A DNA stretch of 57,709 nt from a virus (lineage: Duplodnaviria; Caudoviricetes), in the IMG/VR virus record IMGVR_UViG_3300025392_000646, positions 1 through 57,709 of that record. One strand, given 5' to 3'. Below are positions 19,357-27,338 of the stretch, in pieces; position 1 is the stretch's first letter, and each line of letters opens with the position of its first letter. Position numbers and translations under genes: made by a program. The notes under the pieces are model-generated. The model saw nothing but the letters and a program-made list of their open reading frames with translations. It ran no database searches and was not told where the DNA came from.

Positions 19357-19632
19357 TTATGCTAAACCAGCTTTTTTATCGTAAGTGTTTAAATCAACAG
19401 TAGCTGCGGAATAACCTCTTTCAACAACTGTTATAGTTTGATTATTTGTACCTATTTTTGTAGTAGTTACAGTTGGTAAAGCAGTTTCTTTAGTTGAAAA
19501 GTTACTTCTACTCCCCGTTGGATATTTGTTATGAATAGCTTGTGTGTAAGTAGTTGTTGGAGAGTATGTGCTCAAATCAATATTTAAACTACTCTTATAG
19601 GTTACATCGCCTGTTGTGTCTCTATGTGCCAT
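19357..19632 (-). CDS. Small hypothetical protein, paralog of 19122-19352
   Basis: PTVTTTKIGTNNQTITVVERGY; preceded by the late motif at 19674. Confidence 0.5.
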   Translation of the reverse strand: MAHRDTTGDVTYKSSLNIDLSTYSPTTTYTQAIHNKYPTGSRSNFSTKETALPTVTTTKIGTNNQTITVVERGYSAATVDLNTYDKKAGLA

Positions 19633-19673
19633 TTAATTCTTTATTTGTTTGTTTTAAATTGTAACTTAACATC

Positions 19674-19682
19674 TATAAATAT
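19674..19682 (-). promoter_or_regulatory. Putative late promoter motif
   Basis: Exact motif upstream of ATG 19632; a one-mismatch copy lies at 19090-19098. Confidence 0.6.
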
Positions 19683-19699
19683 AAAGAAGTGTGGAAAAC

Positions 19700-20350
19700 C
19701 TATTTAGATGATTTTAAAAGATTAGTTTTCCAAGGTATCATTCTCAAATTTTCCCATTCTGCAATTACTTCTGGTTCGATTCCATTCTTCCATCCCCAAT
19801 CAATACTTCTTATATGGTCTAACTGATAAGCTCCCTCAACACCACATCTTCCTCTCTTATCCCAATTTTCCAATGTATCAATAGGTTGCTGATATGTTAA
19901 TCTCCATACTTCTCTTTTATAGAATTGTTTCTTAGGATATTTTTGTTTGTATTCATCAAAGTTTTGAAATCCGGCTTTAGTGGCTCTCATTTGTTCTATG
20001 TGTTCGGGCTTTATTCTATCTTTAAATGTTTTATTATATTTGTAATTAGAACAACTATTACATACCGTATTCTTTTTTATTGATGTTTGTAATGTACCTT
20101 CTGATACATAGCTCATTTCATTACCACAATCGGGACAATTTCGTTTGAATACTTTGATTAATTCTGCATCTTTTTTACGAGGTATTATATTAATTTCACC
20201 ACTTTTAAATTTTTGTTTTAATGTATTTGATATTTCCTTTGAATAGCATTTTCTACAAGGTTTTCCATCTCTATCAGCCCATTTAAAACTTCTTGGATTT
20301 TTATAAATTATTTCATCATTACATTTAGGACAATTTCTTTTATATATCAT
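19700..20350 (-). CDS. Free-standing HNH-type (homing) endonuclease with two Zn-ribbon repeats
   Basis: C-terminal YQLDHIRSI...ENLRMIPWKTNLLK has the HNH/HNN pattern; two KRNCPxC...CxxC repeats. Start moved to ATG 20350 because the track's start (20404) lies inside the promoter elements. Confidence 0.7.
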   Translation of the reverse strand: MIYKRNCPKCNDEIIYKNPRSFKWADRDGKPCRKCYSKEISNTLKQKFKSGEINIIPRKKDAELIKVFKRNCPDCGNEMSYVSEGTLQTSIKKNTVCNSCSNYKYNKTFKDRIKPEHIEQMRATKAGFQNFDEYKQKYPKKQFYKREVWRLTYQQPIDTLENWDKRGRCGVEGAYQLDHIRSIDWGWKNGIEPEVIAEWENLRMIPWKTNLLKSSK

Positions 20351-20374
20351 ATATCTTCTTTTAGGTGTATTTAA

Positions 20375-20407
20375 TATAAATATACGAAAAAAAGTTGAAA
20401 CCACAAA
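20375..20407 (-). promoter_or_regulatory. Hybrid host-type/late promoter upstream of the HNH gene
   Basis: Minus strand TTTG-N19-TATATTTA, where the -7-like element overlaps the ATATTTATA motif (20375-20383). Confidence 0.5.
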
Positions 20408-20418
20408 ATAAAGAGCAC

Positions 20419-20449
20419 AAAAAAGGGGAAATTTCTTTCCCCTATTTTT
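20419..20449 (-). terminator. Intrinsic terminator after the major capsid gene
   Basis: Minus strand AGGGGAAA-GAAA-TTTCCCCT followed by TTTTT; GNRA tetraloop. Confidence 0.88.
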
Positions 20450-20486
20450 GCTATGTATCGTTACACAGTTAAATCATCATTTAAGA

Positions 20487-22118
20487 TTAGATGTTATTCA
20501 AATCTTTGATGTAGATTTTACCGTAGTACTCAGGACGCACCATTTTCTTAGCGTAACGAGTCATTACACCCCTACGAGGAGTGAAATTTTGAGGGTCGTA
20601 CACTAATGGAGTCATAATCAATGGTACATATGGAGCGTAAACAGCACCTGTTTCTAAGAAGTTGTTACCTCTATATCCTAATAAGATTTCGTTAGAAGTC
20701 ATATAAGGGTTTTTGTAAACAGTGTATCTGTTAGCGATTGCACCTACTTGAGTTACACCAGCAGCGAATTGAGTAGCATCTTTATCAGATGTAGCCATAA
20801 AGCCTGGAGTTGATTCTAAGATAGTACATACATCAGGAGATGCAACTACGAAGTTAGCACCACCTCTTAATGTTAATTGATGGATTCTATTAGATACCTT
20901 ATTTAATTTGATACCTAATGTTTGATACCATGTATTCTTTTGGTAGAACTGACCGTTAGTAGCTGCTACCCATGCACCAGACGCTTGGTTATATTCTTCA
21001 CCAATTGTTGCTGACCAGTAATCAGTTGTTAAAGCGTTTGATTTTAACATATCTAAGATTTCTAAATCAATCTCTAAAGAGATATAATCAGATAACATAG
21101 AAGTTAATTCAGCTTCTGCATCGATTGAGTGGTAAGCGTTTAAGTCTTGTGCCAATTCAGGAGTCCATACTGCTTTCAACTTACGAGTCTTAGCAACGAT
21201 AGCCTCTGATTTCAATTCTAAGTCGATTTCAGGAATATCTAAAGCTGTAGTTGTGTTACCAGCTGATGGAGCTGTTTTATCTTCGAAATCACCTCTATTG
21301 TAAGCTTGAGGAACTACAGAGTAGTCTACTGATGTAGCTGCTGCTGCGATTGCACCCATACCTGTCTTAGAAGCTGATACGAATAAAGTGATGTTAGTAC
21401 CACTTGCGTAGTTGAACTGATTAACAGTAGAAACTACACCAGTTGATAATACGTTAAATGCTCTTACTGCAGTTAAGTCAGCTGTTGCATCTAAGTTAGC
21501 TTGAGAGAAAGTAATTTTAGCGATATTACCAGCTGCTACTGAAGCAGATAAGTTAGTATCGAAACCACAATCAGCCCAAGATGCTGAAGCAAAAGTTGTA
21601 TTTGCTGCAGTTACAGTACCATGACCATCGTTTACTGAGTAAGTATATCTACTTTCACCGTAAAGACCGTTAGTAGCTGCGTTAGTTCTACCGAAGTTAG
21701 TTGCAGAACCAGTTACGTTAGTACCACCAAATAATGATTTACCACCGTATTGTCCTTCAAAACCTTGAGAAGAACCATATTTGAAGTCTAAGAAGAATAC
21801 AAGACCAGAAGGTAAGTTCATAGGTTGTACACTTACAAATTCTTTTGCTGCGATTTCACCGAAGATTCTTCTTACTAATGGTAAAGCCACACCAGACCAC
21901 TCTTCAGAACCAGCTGAAGTACCTGTTTGAGTTGCCTCATCAAGCAATTGTTTTGCTTGGTTTTCTAACAATACAGCCATGCTGTGTTGTTCTCTTTCTT
22001 TCATTCCTTCTAAAAGACCAGTTTTCTCCCATTTAGCTTTTAATGCGCGTGTTTCAGCTAACATTACTGCTTGTGGGTTCTTGCCTTCCATAAGTTTACT
22101 TAAATCGAAATTTGCCAT
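20487..22118 (-). CDS. gp23: Major capsid protein, T4 gp23-like
   Basis: LPLVRRIF, VSVQPMNLPSGLVFFL, AKTRKLKAVWTPELAQDLNAYHSIDAEAEL, YAPYVPL, DPQNFTPRRGVMTRY. Confidence 0.97.
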   Translation of the reverse strand: MANFDLSKLMEGKNPQAVMLAETRALKAKWEKTGLLEGMKEREQHSMAVLLENQAKQLLDEATQTGTSAGSEEWSGVALPLVRRIFGEIAAKEFVSVQPMNLPSGLVFFLDFKYGSSQGFEGQYGGKSLFGGTNVTGSATNFGRTNAATNGLYGESRYTYSVNDGHGTVTAANTTFASASWADCGFDTNLSASVAAGNIAKITFSQANLDATADLTAVRAFNVLSTGVVSTVNQFNYASGTNITLFVSASKTGMGAIAAAATSVDYSVVPQAYNRGDFEDKTAPSAGNTTTALDIPEIDLELKSEAIVAKTRKLKAVWTPELAQDLNAYHSIDAEAELTSMLSDYISLEIDLEILDMLKSNALTTDYWSATIGEEYNQASGAWVAATNGQFYQKNTWYQTLGIKLNKVSNRIHQLTLRGGANFVVASPDVCTILESTPGFMATSDKDATQFAAGVTQVGAIANRYTVYKNPYMTSNEILLGYRGNNFLETGAVYAPYVPLIMTPLVYDPQNFTPRRGVMTRYAKKMVRPEYYGKIYIKDLNNI

Positions 22119-22146
22119 TTTTATTTAATTTTTTTGTTATGGTTGT

Positions 22147-23280
22147 TTATTTAATGATACCAGCTAATTGCTTAAAGCGGTTTGCTAATTCATTTGTGTT
22201 TTCTGCGATAATTTCCTTCTTAGGTGCAGTTGATGCTTGAGCTTTAGAAGATAACCCTTCGGTGATGTTCTTTTTAACTTGAGCAACTTTTCTTTCAGTA
22301 CCTGTGAATTTCATTGATTCAGATAAAGTAGCGTAAACTAATTTAACTTCTCTTACAGAAGAAGTTCTGTCTAAATTTTCTACAATCTTAACTTTTTGTT
22401 CGTTAGTTAAGTTATAACCTCTGAACAATTTGTTAGTGTATAATAATTTAGCGTTTAATAGATTTACTTCGTTGATTGTACCTCTTAAAGATTTGATTAC
22501 TGATAATGCTTCATCTAATTCAGATTGTAGTCTAGCTACTTCTGCTTTCATTTCTGCGCCATCATCATGCTTTTCTTCTTCAGCTTCATCATCTCCGTAT
22601 CCCATTTCTCTTAGAATTTCGTCTAAGTCGATTTCTTCATCAGTGTTGTCAGCATCGTGGTCACTTTTACCACCCATGTTGTCAGCATCTGGCTCTGCAT
22701 GAGGTTCTTCACCTTCTGCTGCTGTTTCTGGTGCTACTACTGGAGCTTCTTCTCCATCCATAGTTGGTTCTTCACCACCTTCTTCAGCGATTTGAGCTTC
22801 CAATTCTCTGATGATAGATTCTAAATCTAATTCATCTTCATCATGTGATTCTTCATCATCATGCATTTTAGTTTCTTCACCTTCCATTTTTGGTTCGTCT
22901 TCGTGATGCATTTCTTCATCATCTCCGTCTTCGCCTTCTGTAAGGTCACTAACTTTTTCGTATTCTTTTTCTTCTTCACCGAATGGTGCAGTTTCTTTAG
23001 AAATACCACTTAAGTCAGTTTCAGCTGAGTAAGCTTTGTCTGCAGGCATTTTGTTATCACCTTTACCAATTTCACTTGAAGTATCATTTGCTTCTTCGTT
23101 CATATCTTCTGCTTTATCTTCGTCATCACCTTCCATTTCGGCTTGTAATTTCTTTGATAAGATAGATTGTAAACGAGGAGTAAATGCTTCTTCCAATGCG
23201 ATTTTAGCATTAGCAATAGCAGTTTCACGTACAGCTTTAGCATCAGCAATTGCTTCTTTCAACAATTTTGAACTTGCCAT
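22147..23280 (-). CDS. Prohead core scaffolding protein, gp22-like
   Basis: Directly upstream of gp23; highly acidic centre; coiled-coil; many [IL]xE sites; ends in RFKQLAGI. Confidence 0.8.
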   Translation of the reverse strand: MASSKLLKEAIADAKAVRETAIANAKIALEEAFTPRLQSILSKKLQAEMEGDDEDKAEDMNEEANDTSSEIGKGDNKMPADKAYSAETDLSGISKETAPFGEEEKEYEKVSDLTEGEDGDDEEMHHEDEPKMEGEETKMHDDEESHDEDELDLESIIRELEAQIAEEGGEEPTMDGEEAPVVAPETAAEGEEPHAEPDADNMGGKSDHDADNTDEEIDLDEILREMGYGDDEAEEEKHDDGAEMKAEVARLQSELDEALSVIKSLRGTINEVNLLNAKLLYTNKLFRGYNLTNEQKVKIVENLDRTSSVREVKLVYATLSESMKFTGTERKVAQVKKNITEGLSSKAQASTAPKKEIIAENTNELANRFKQLAGIIK

Positions 23281-23425
23281 TTGTTTTCCTTATTTATTTT
23301 CGGATTTCTTAAGCTATTAGATTTGGAGCTTAAATAGAATTTTGATTGGCGTTTCGGTCACTTCTCATAGAACGAGAGTATTCATTTACCAATAGAAAAA
23401 CCTATATAGAATAGGTTATTATAAG

Positions 23426-23434
23426 AATAAATAT
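23426..23434 (-). promoter_or_regulatory. Putative late promoter motif (scaffold-capsid operon)
   Basis: ATATTTATT variant about 145 nt upstream of the scaffold ATG. Confidence 0.55.
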
Positions 23435-23479
23435 ATAAAACTTTATAAAAACATAAAATTCTATAATTTTCTTTAGAAA

Positions 23480-23803
23480 TTATTTTGTTGGAACACAATT
23501 AGGTACTTGCTTACCACCTTTATTTTTCATACCAACTTGCTTATATCCTTTCCAGCAATTCTCACATTGCAATTGTTCATTCATAAAAGATTCTCTTAAA
23601 GTTTCTCTTATAATTTCTCTAATGTAAGATTCAATGTGATTTGGTAATCCTTTATGTTTAGTTGCTGCAAAATCTTTAGCATCTTTTTTACTCATAGAAT
23701 CTGCTGCTTTTTCAACTTCTTTAGATGGAGCTTTCATATCTCCTTTTTGCACGGCATGAACCATACCCATAAATCTTTGTTGTGCTTTTGATACTGCTGG
23801 CAT
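23480..23803 (-). CDS. DUF3008-like internal head protein
   Basis: MPAVSKAQQRFMG...SMSKKDAKDFAATKHKGLP (DUF3008-like), plus the CWKGYKQVGMK.KGGKQVPNCVP module common in T4-like head-region proteins. Confidence 0.6.
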   Translation of the reverse strand: MPAVSKAQQRFMGMVHAVQKGDMKAPSKEVEKAADSMSKKDAKDFAATKHKGLPNHIESYIREIIRETLRESFMNEQLQCENCWKGYKQVGMKNKGGKQVPNCVPTK

Positions 23804-23804
23804 C

Positions 23805-24161
23805 TTATTTTACTTTTTTAGATTCACCTTTATATTCATAATACCCAGAAGAAGCCTGTGTAATATAGTTTTCTGCATTTGAGATATGGTCTTGAATCCA
23901 AGCAGGAATATCTTTTTCATTATCACCCAACTTCTTTCTTAATTCATAAGCTGCTTTGATAATAGTATCTAATTGGTTATGAGCCATATGAACTTCGTGG
24001 TCACCACCTTCTTTTTCATGTGATTGAGCTCCACCATCTTCACCTTCTTTAATTTGAGGTGCAAATGCTCTCGCATATGGATTAGAAACTACTTGTCCTA
24101 ATTTAACATCCATATTACCTAGCTTTACGCTATCTTTCATTAAATGTCCTAAACTAATCAT
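23805..24161 (-). CDS. Hypothetical prohead core/internal head protein
   Basis: Lies between gp21 and gp22; DHEVHMAHNQL...DIPAWIQDHIS.A module. Confidence 0.5.
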   Translation of the reverse strand: MISLGHLMKDSVKLGNMDVKLGQVVSNPYARAFAPQIKEGEDGGAQSHEKEGGDHEVHMAHNQLDTIIKAAYELRKKLGDNEKDIPAWIQDHISNAENYITQASSGYYEYKGESKKVK

Positions 24162-24162
24162 A

Positions 24163-24882
24163 TTATTTCTTTTGATTTAATTCTCTTGCTTTTGCTTCTG
24201 CTGCATCTTTGCTAGCATATCTCATAGAACCTGTTTGAGTAGTTGTAAGGTGTTTATTACCTTGTCTAACCTCATATCTTTTAGAACTCATATTTTTTGT
24301 AATATAATAAATCATATCACTAGCAGCTTCTTTTTTAATTGCCAATCTTTGATTCATTGTATCCTCACTGATATCAGCGATTTCATAATATCTATTTAAG
24401 ATGTGACCCATATCTTCATATAAAGAATGTAATCTTTCATCCATTGCTTTTGCTTCTACAGCGAACTTATCAAATGATTTACCTAATTTATCTAATTCCT
24501 GCATATTTCTTTTTACAGTCACATTATCAAACCAATCACCACTTTCTCTTAATGTCATTTCCTTTGCAGCCTCAACGATACCACCTAAAGTATTTGCTAC
24601 TTCAGTCATATCACTTTTACGCTTCATTTGGTCTTGGAAAGTATTATATGTAGAGATAATTTCTAAGAAATGCTTTTTAACTTCTGGAGATAATTTTCTA
24701 TCTTCACCTTGTAAACTTTCTTTGATACTGAATTTTCCGTTTACTATCTTTACTTCATTCAATCCAGTTTTACGGATATCATTATATCCTTTAGAAACTC
24801 TAGTTCCTTTTGGTGCTTCAACTTTCAAATTAATTTTGTTGTTGTGCACATAATCGTAAATATCAAATGGTTTCTTGCTCAT
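24163..24882 (-). CDS. Hypothetical prohead core/internal head protein
   Basis: Helical; LNE/IKE/LRE sites; position in the head operon. Confidence 0.5.
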   Translation of the reverse strand: MSKKPFDIYDYVHNNKINLKVEAPKGTRVSKGYNDIRKTGLNEVKIVNGKFSIKESLQGEDRKLSPEVKKHFLEIISTYNTFQDQMKRKSDMTEVANTLGGIVEAAKEMTLRESGDWFDNVTVKRNMQELDKLGKSFDKFAVEAKAMDERLHSLYEDMGHILNRYYEIADISEDTMNQRLAIKKEAASDMIYYITKNMSSKRYEVRQGNKHLTTTQTGSMRYASKDAAEAKARELNQKK

Positions 24883-24883
24883 A

Positions 24884-25486
24884 TTATGCTATCTCTGTTA
24901 TAATTTCTCTCATTAAGTCCTGTGCTTTGCAATAATCACCACAAACATCAGTACCTATTTGTTTTAATGGATTGTAAGATTCATTCACAGGCACCATAAA
25001 TGCACCATGTGTAGATGGGTTACTTACAAAATCCCAACCTATTAATTCGAAGTCTTCTAATACTTCTACTTTACCCTCACCAATATTACGAGTAGAACCC
25101 ATACCTCTTGATGAAATACCCAAAAGGATACCTGCTTTTAATAACTCTTTTAATATGTTTCCAGAAGGAGTAGGTAATACTTCTACAGTTCCACACAAAT
25201 CATCTCCTTCCCAATGAATCTCTCTAATATTATGAGATACATTTTTTAAGTTGATAACAGTAGAATCCGGATGGTCTAACTCACCCAACGCTCTTCTTTC
25301 TTTAATAAATTGTTCGTACTTCTTAGCTTCTCTAACTAAAATAGGTTTTGGATATACTCTACCATTTTGGTTTTCAGCTCCAGCTCTTTGCAAAATACCT
25401 TTAACGATGGTTCTTCCACCTTCATCTTCTTGTACCTTAGCTTCGAATAATTTAGTTTCTATTAATAGATTCTTATTCATTATCAT
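24884..25486 (-). CDS. gp21: Prohead maturation protease, T4 gp21-like
   Basis: NQNGRVYP, ALGELDHP, NVSH, GISSRGMGS and DFVSNPS motifs. Confidence 0.96.
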   Translation of the reverse strand: MIMNKNLLIETKLFEAKVQEDEGGRTIVKGILQRAGAENQNGRVYPKPILVREAKKYEQFIKERRALGELDHPDSTVINLKNVSHNIREIHWEGDDLCGTVEVLPTPSGNILKELLKAGILLGISSRGMGSTRNIGEGKVEVLEDFELIGWDFVSNPSTHGAFMVPVNESYNPLKQIGTDVCGDYCKAQDLMREIITEIA

Positions 25487-25497
25487 TTATCTTTTTA

Positions 25498-25791
25498 TTA
25501 TCCCCAACATTCACACATATTCATTGGCTTACCACACTTTGGACAAGTTCCTTCAGGTTTTTTACCATTCTTAGTATCATCACCATCAGCCCAGTCTTCT
25601 TTCATTTCTCTTTTTTCACCTTTAGCATCCCATGCAGCATCTATTTTATTAAAAAATGCTTTCTTTTCCTCATCACTCATAGATGGAATAGATTTACCAG
25701 CTTTTTCTAAAGCTTTTTTGAAAAAATTCTGATATTCAGTTTCTTCAGCCATTACAAACTTTACTAATTCTTTTAATTGTGCTTTGTTCAT
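25498..25791 (-). CDS. Small prohead core-like protein
   Basis: EYQNFFKKALEK...MSDEEKKAFFNKID; occupies the gp67/gp68 position; C-terminal CPKC..CEC. Confidence 0.5.
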   Translation of the reverse strand: MNKAQLKELVKFVMAEETEYQNFFKKALEKAGKSIPSMSDEEKKAFFNKIDAAWDAKGEKREMKEDWADGDDTKNGKKPEGTCPKCGKPMNMCECWG

Positions 25792-25792
25792 A

Positions 25793-26401
25793 TTACAATG
25801 TTCTTAATTTTTCAGAAAGATTCATTATTCTTTCTTTAATTTTATTTAAACTCTTATGAGTTCTTTTATAGTAATCTTCCTTCTTTAATCCGTTTTCAGT
25901 TTTTAATTTAGAATACCAATTAACAAATTTTTCAACTTCGCTTAATTGTGAATGGATATTACTAATACCTTTACCAATCTTAGCTTTAGGAGAACCTTCT
26001 TCGTTTTTAATTGCTAACCAACGATTTTCTGCTAATTTATGAGTACCACCTTCTGCTAATTCCATATCACTCATATCAGCCATAGTTTCATCCTTCTCAT
26101 CCTCTTTACCAGCTTTTGTTGCAGTACTTTTGTACTTTTCTGGCTCTAATTGAAGTATATTAGCTGCTGAACCAAATTCCTCTTTCACTATACTTTCATC
26201 TTCATGTCCAGGTACAACATCATATCCAGTAGTTGCTGCCAATCTTTTATTTTTTGCTCTAGTTGAACCAGGCTTAGAAAATGCGTTTGGAGTATCATAC
26301 CCAGCAACAGCAGCAGTTCCAGTCATTTCTTCTAAATCCTTCTCCTGCTCAATTTCTTTTATTAATTCACCAATAATGGCTTTTAATTTACTATTATCCA
26401 T
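25793..26401 (-). CDS. Hypothetical prohead core protein
   Basis: LEEMTGTAAVAGYDTPNAF motif; multiple [LIV]xE sites; between portal and protease. Confidence 0.5.
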   Translation of the reverse strand: MDNSKLKAIIGELIKEIEQEKDLEEMTGTAAVAGYDTPNAFSKPGSTRAKNKRLAATTGYDVVPGHEDESIVKEEFGSAANILQLEPEKYKSTATKAGKEDEKDETMADMSDMELAEGGTHKLAENRWLAIKNEEGSPKAKIGKGISNIHSQLSEVEKFVNWYSKLKTENGLKKEDYYKRTHKSLNKIKERIMNLSEKLRTL

Positions 26402-27269
26402 TTACCTTTGATTTTAATTCTTTGATTAACTCATAAGAAAGCATTATAGATGAAACTTGACTATCAGATACACTTTTACCAATTTTAGTTTTTTCTAATA
26501 CTGATACAGTTTCTGTTAATTTAATTTTTGTTACTTTATCGTTTATTTTAGAATTAATATTTTTTAATTCAGAAATAATTTTTGGAAGTTCTTGAGAAAC
26601 ATAATCTTTGAACTTAGATGTATTTGAAATATTATTTATATATTCTTTTAATAAATTCTTTTGAGAATCATCTAAATTAGTATATTTTTTGTTGAAAGTT
26701 TCAACTAAGATTTTGTATGTTAATAAACGAAGGTCTTTATCTTGCTTTTTATAAGCTTCTACCAATTTATCACTTTCTGATTGTTTGTTGTTAGTTACTA
26801 CGGGTCTAGAAATTATATTTTCAATTAAGGTTACTTTAGAATTGAATACATCTTTAATATCATAGTTTTCTGATTTTTTAGATTCAAAAACTTTATATAT
26901 AGATGCTAATACCTTATAATTGTTAACTGGAGAAGATAAGAATTGCTCTAAATCAAATTTAGAATTAACCTCTTTAATAAGATTATATTTTTCCTTAGAT
27001 AACTTAGTTTGATTTAATTTATTATGCGCATCTGCAACAGTATCAACGAATTTCTCCGCTCTACTTTCAGAAGCATACTTTTCTTTTAATAATAAATCAT
27101 ACAGTCTTAACTCTTTATTAAGTTCTGTATTTGGAGCAAAGAACTCTTTTACTATTTTCTTTGCGTTCTCCGTCTTGTCTCCGTTTAGAACCTCTAATGT
27201 TATTTGCTTTACTAATAATTCAAATAACACTCCAGTGTTCTTAACTTTGGAATGTTTGATTTTCTTCAT
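26394..27269 (-). CDS. Hypothetical head-assembly protein (291 aa)
   Basis: All-helical, KKIKHSKVKNTGVLFELLVKQIT start; follows the portal gene and has its own late motif. Confidence 0.5.
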   Translation of the reverse strand: MKKIKHSKVKNTGVLFELLVKQITLEVLNGDKTENAKKIVKEFFAPNTELNKELRLYDLLLKEKYASESRAEKFVDTVADAHNKLNQTKLSKEKYNLIKEVNSKFDLEQFLSSPVNNYKVLASIYKVFESKKSENYDIKDVFNSKVTLIENIISRPVVTNNKQSESDKLVEAYKKQDKDLRLLTYKILVETFNKKYTNLDDSQKNLLKEYINNISNTSKFKDYVSQELPKIISELKNINSKINDKVTKIKLTETVSVLEKTKIGKSVSDSQVSSIMLSYELIKELKSKVNG

Positions 27270-27312
27270 TTATTTTACCCTAATTTAACATGCACATGCG
27301 TAAACTAACACA

Positions 27313-27321
27313 TATAAATAT
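27313..27321 (-). promoter_or_regulatory. Putative late promoter motif
   Basis: Exact motif upstream of ATG 27269. Confidence 0.6.
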
Positions 27322-27338
27322 AATGTTCTTTTTATTTG

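Noticed and set aside
20351-20404. ORF-track N-terminal extensions (also 50556-50603, 51222-51287 and 36830-36838)
   Set aside because: They start at alternative codons within promoter elements or overlapping genes; the downstream ATGs fit better.
23345-23393. Hammerhead-like appearance (TGA...GAAAC) in the scaffold leader
   Set aside because: Lacks the CUGANGA core and the three-stem arrangement; kept only as an unnamed structured leader.
1222-23479. TTAGAAA copies near other promoters (1222, 8231, 23473) as extra RHH operators
   Set aside because: Single short AT-rich matches are expected by chance in this genome and lack the palindrome/tandem arrangement seen at 46278-46307.
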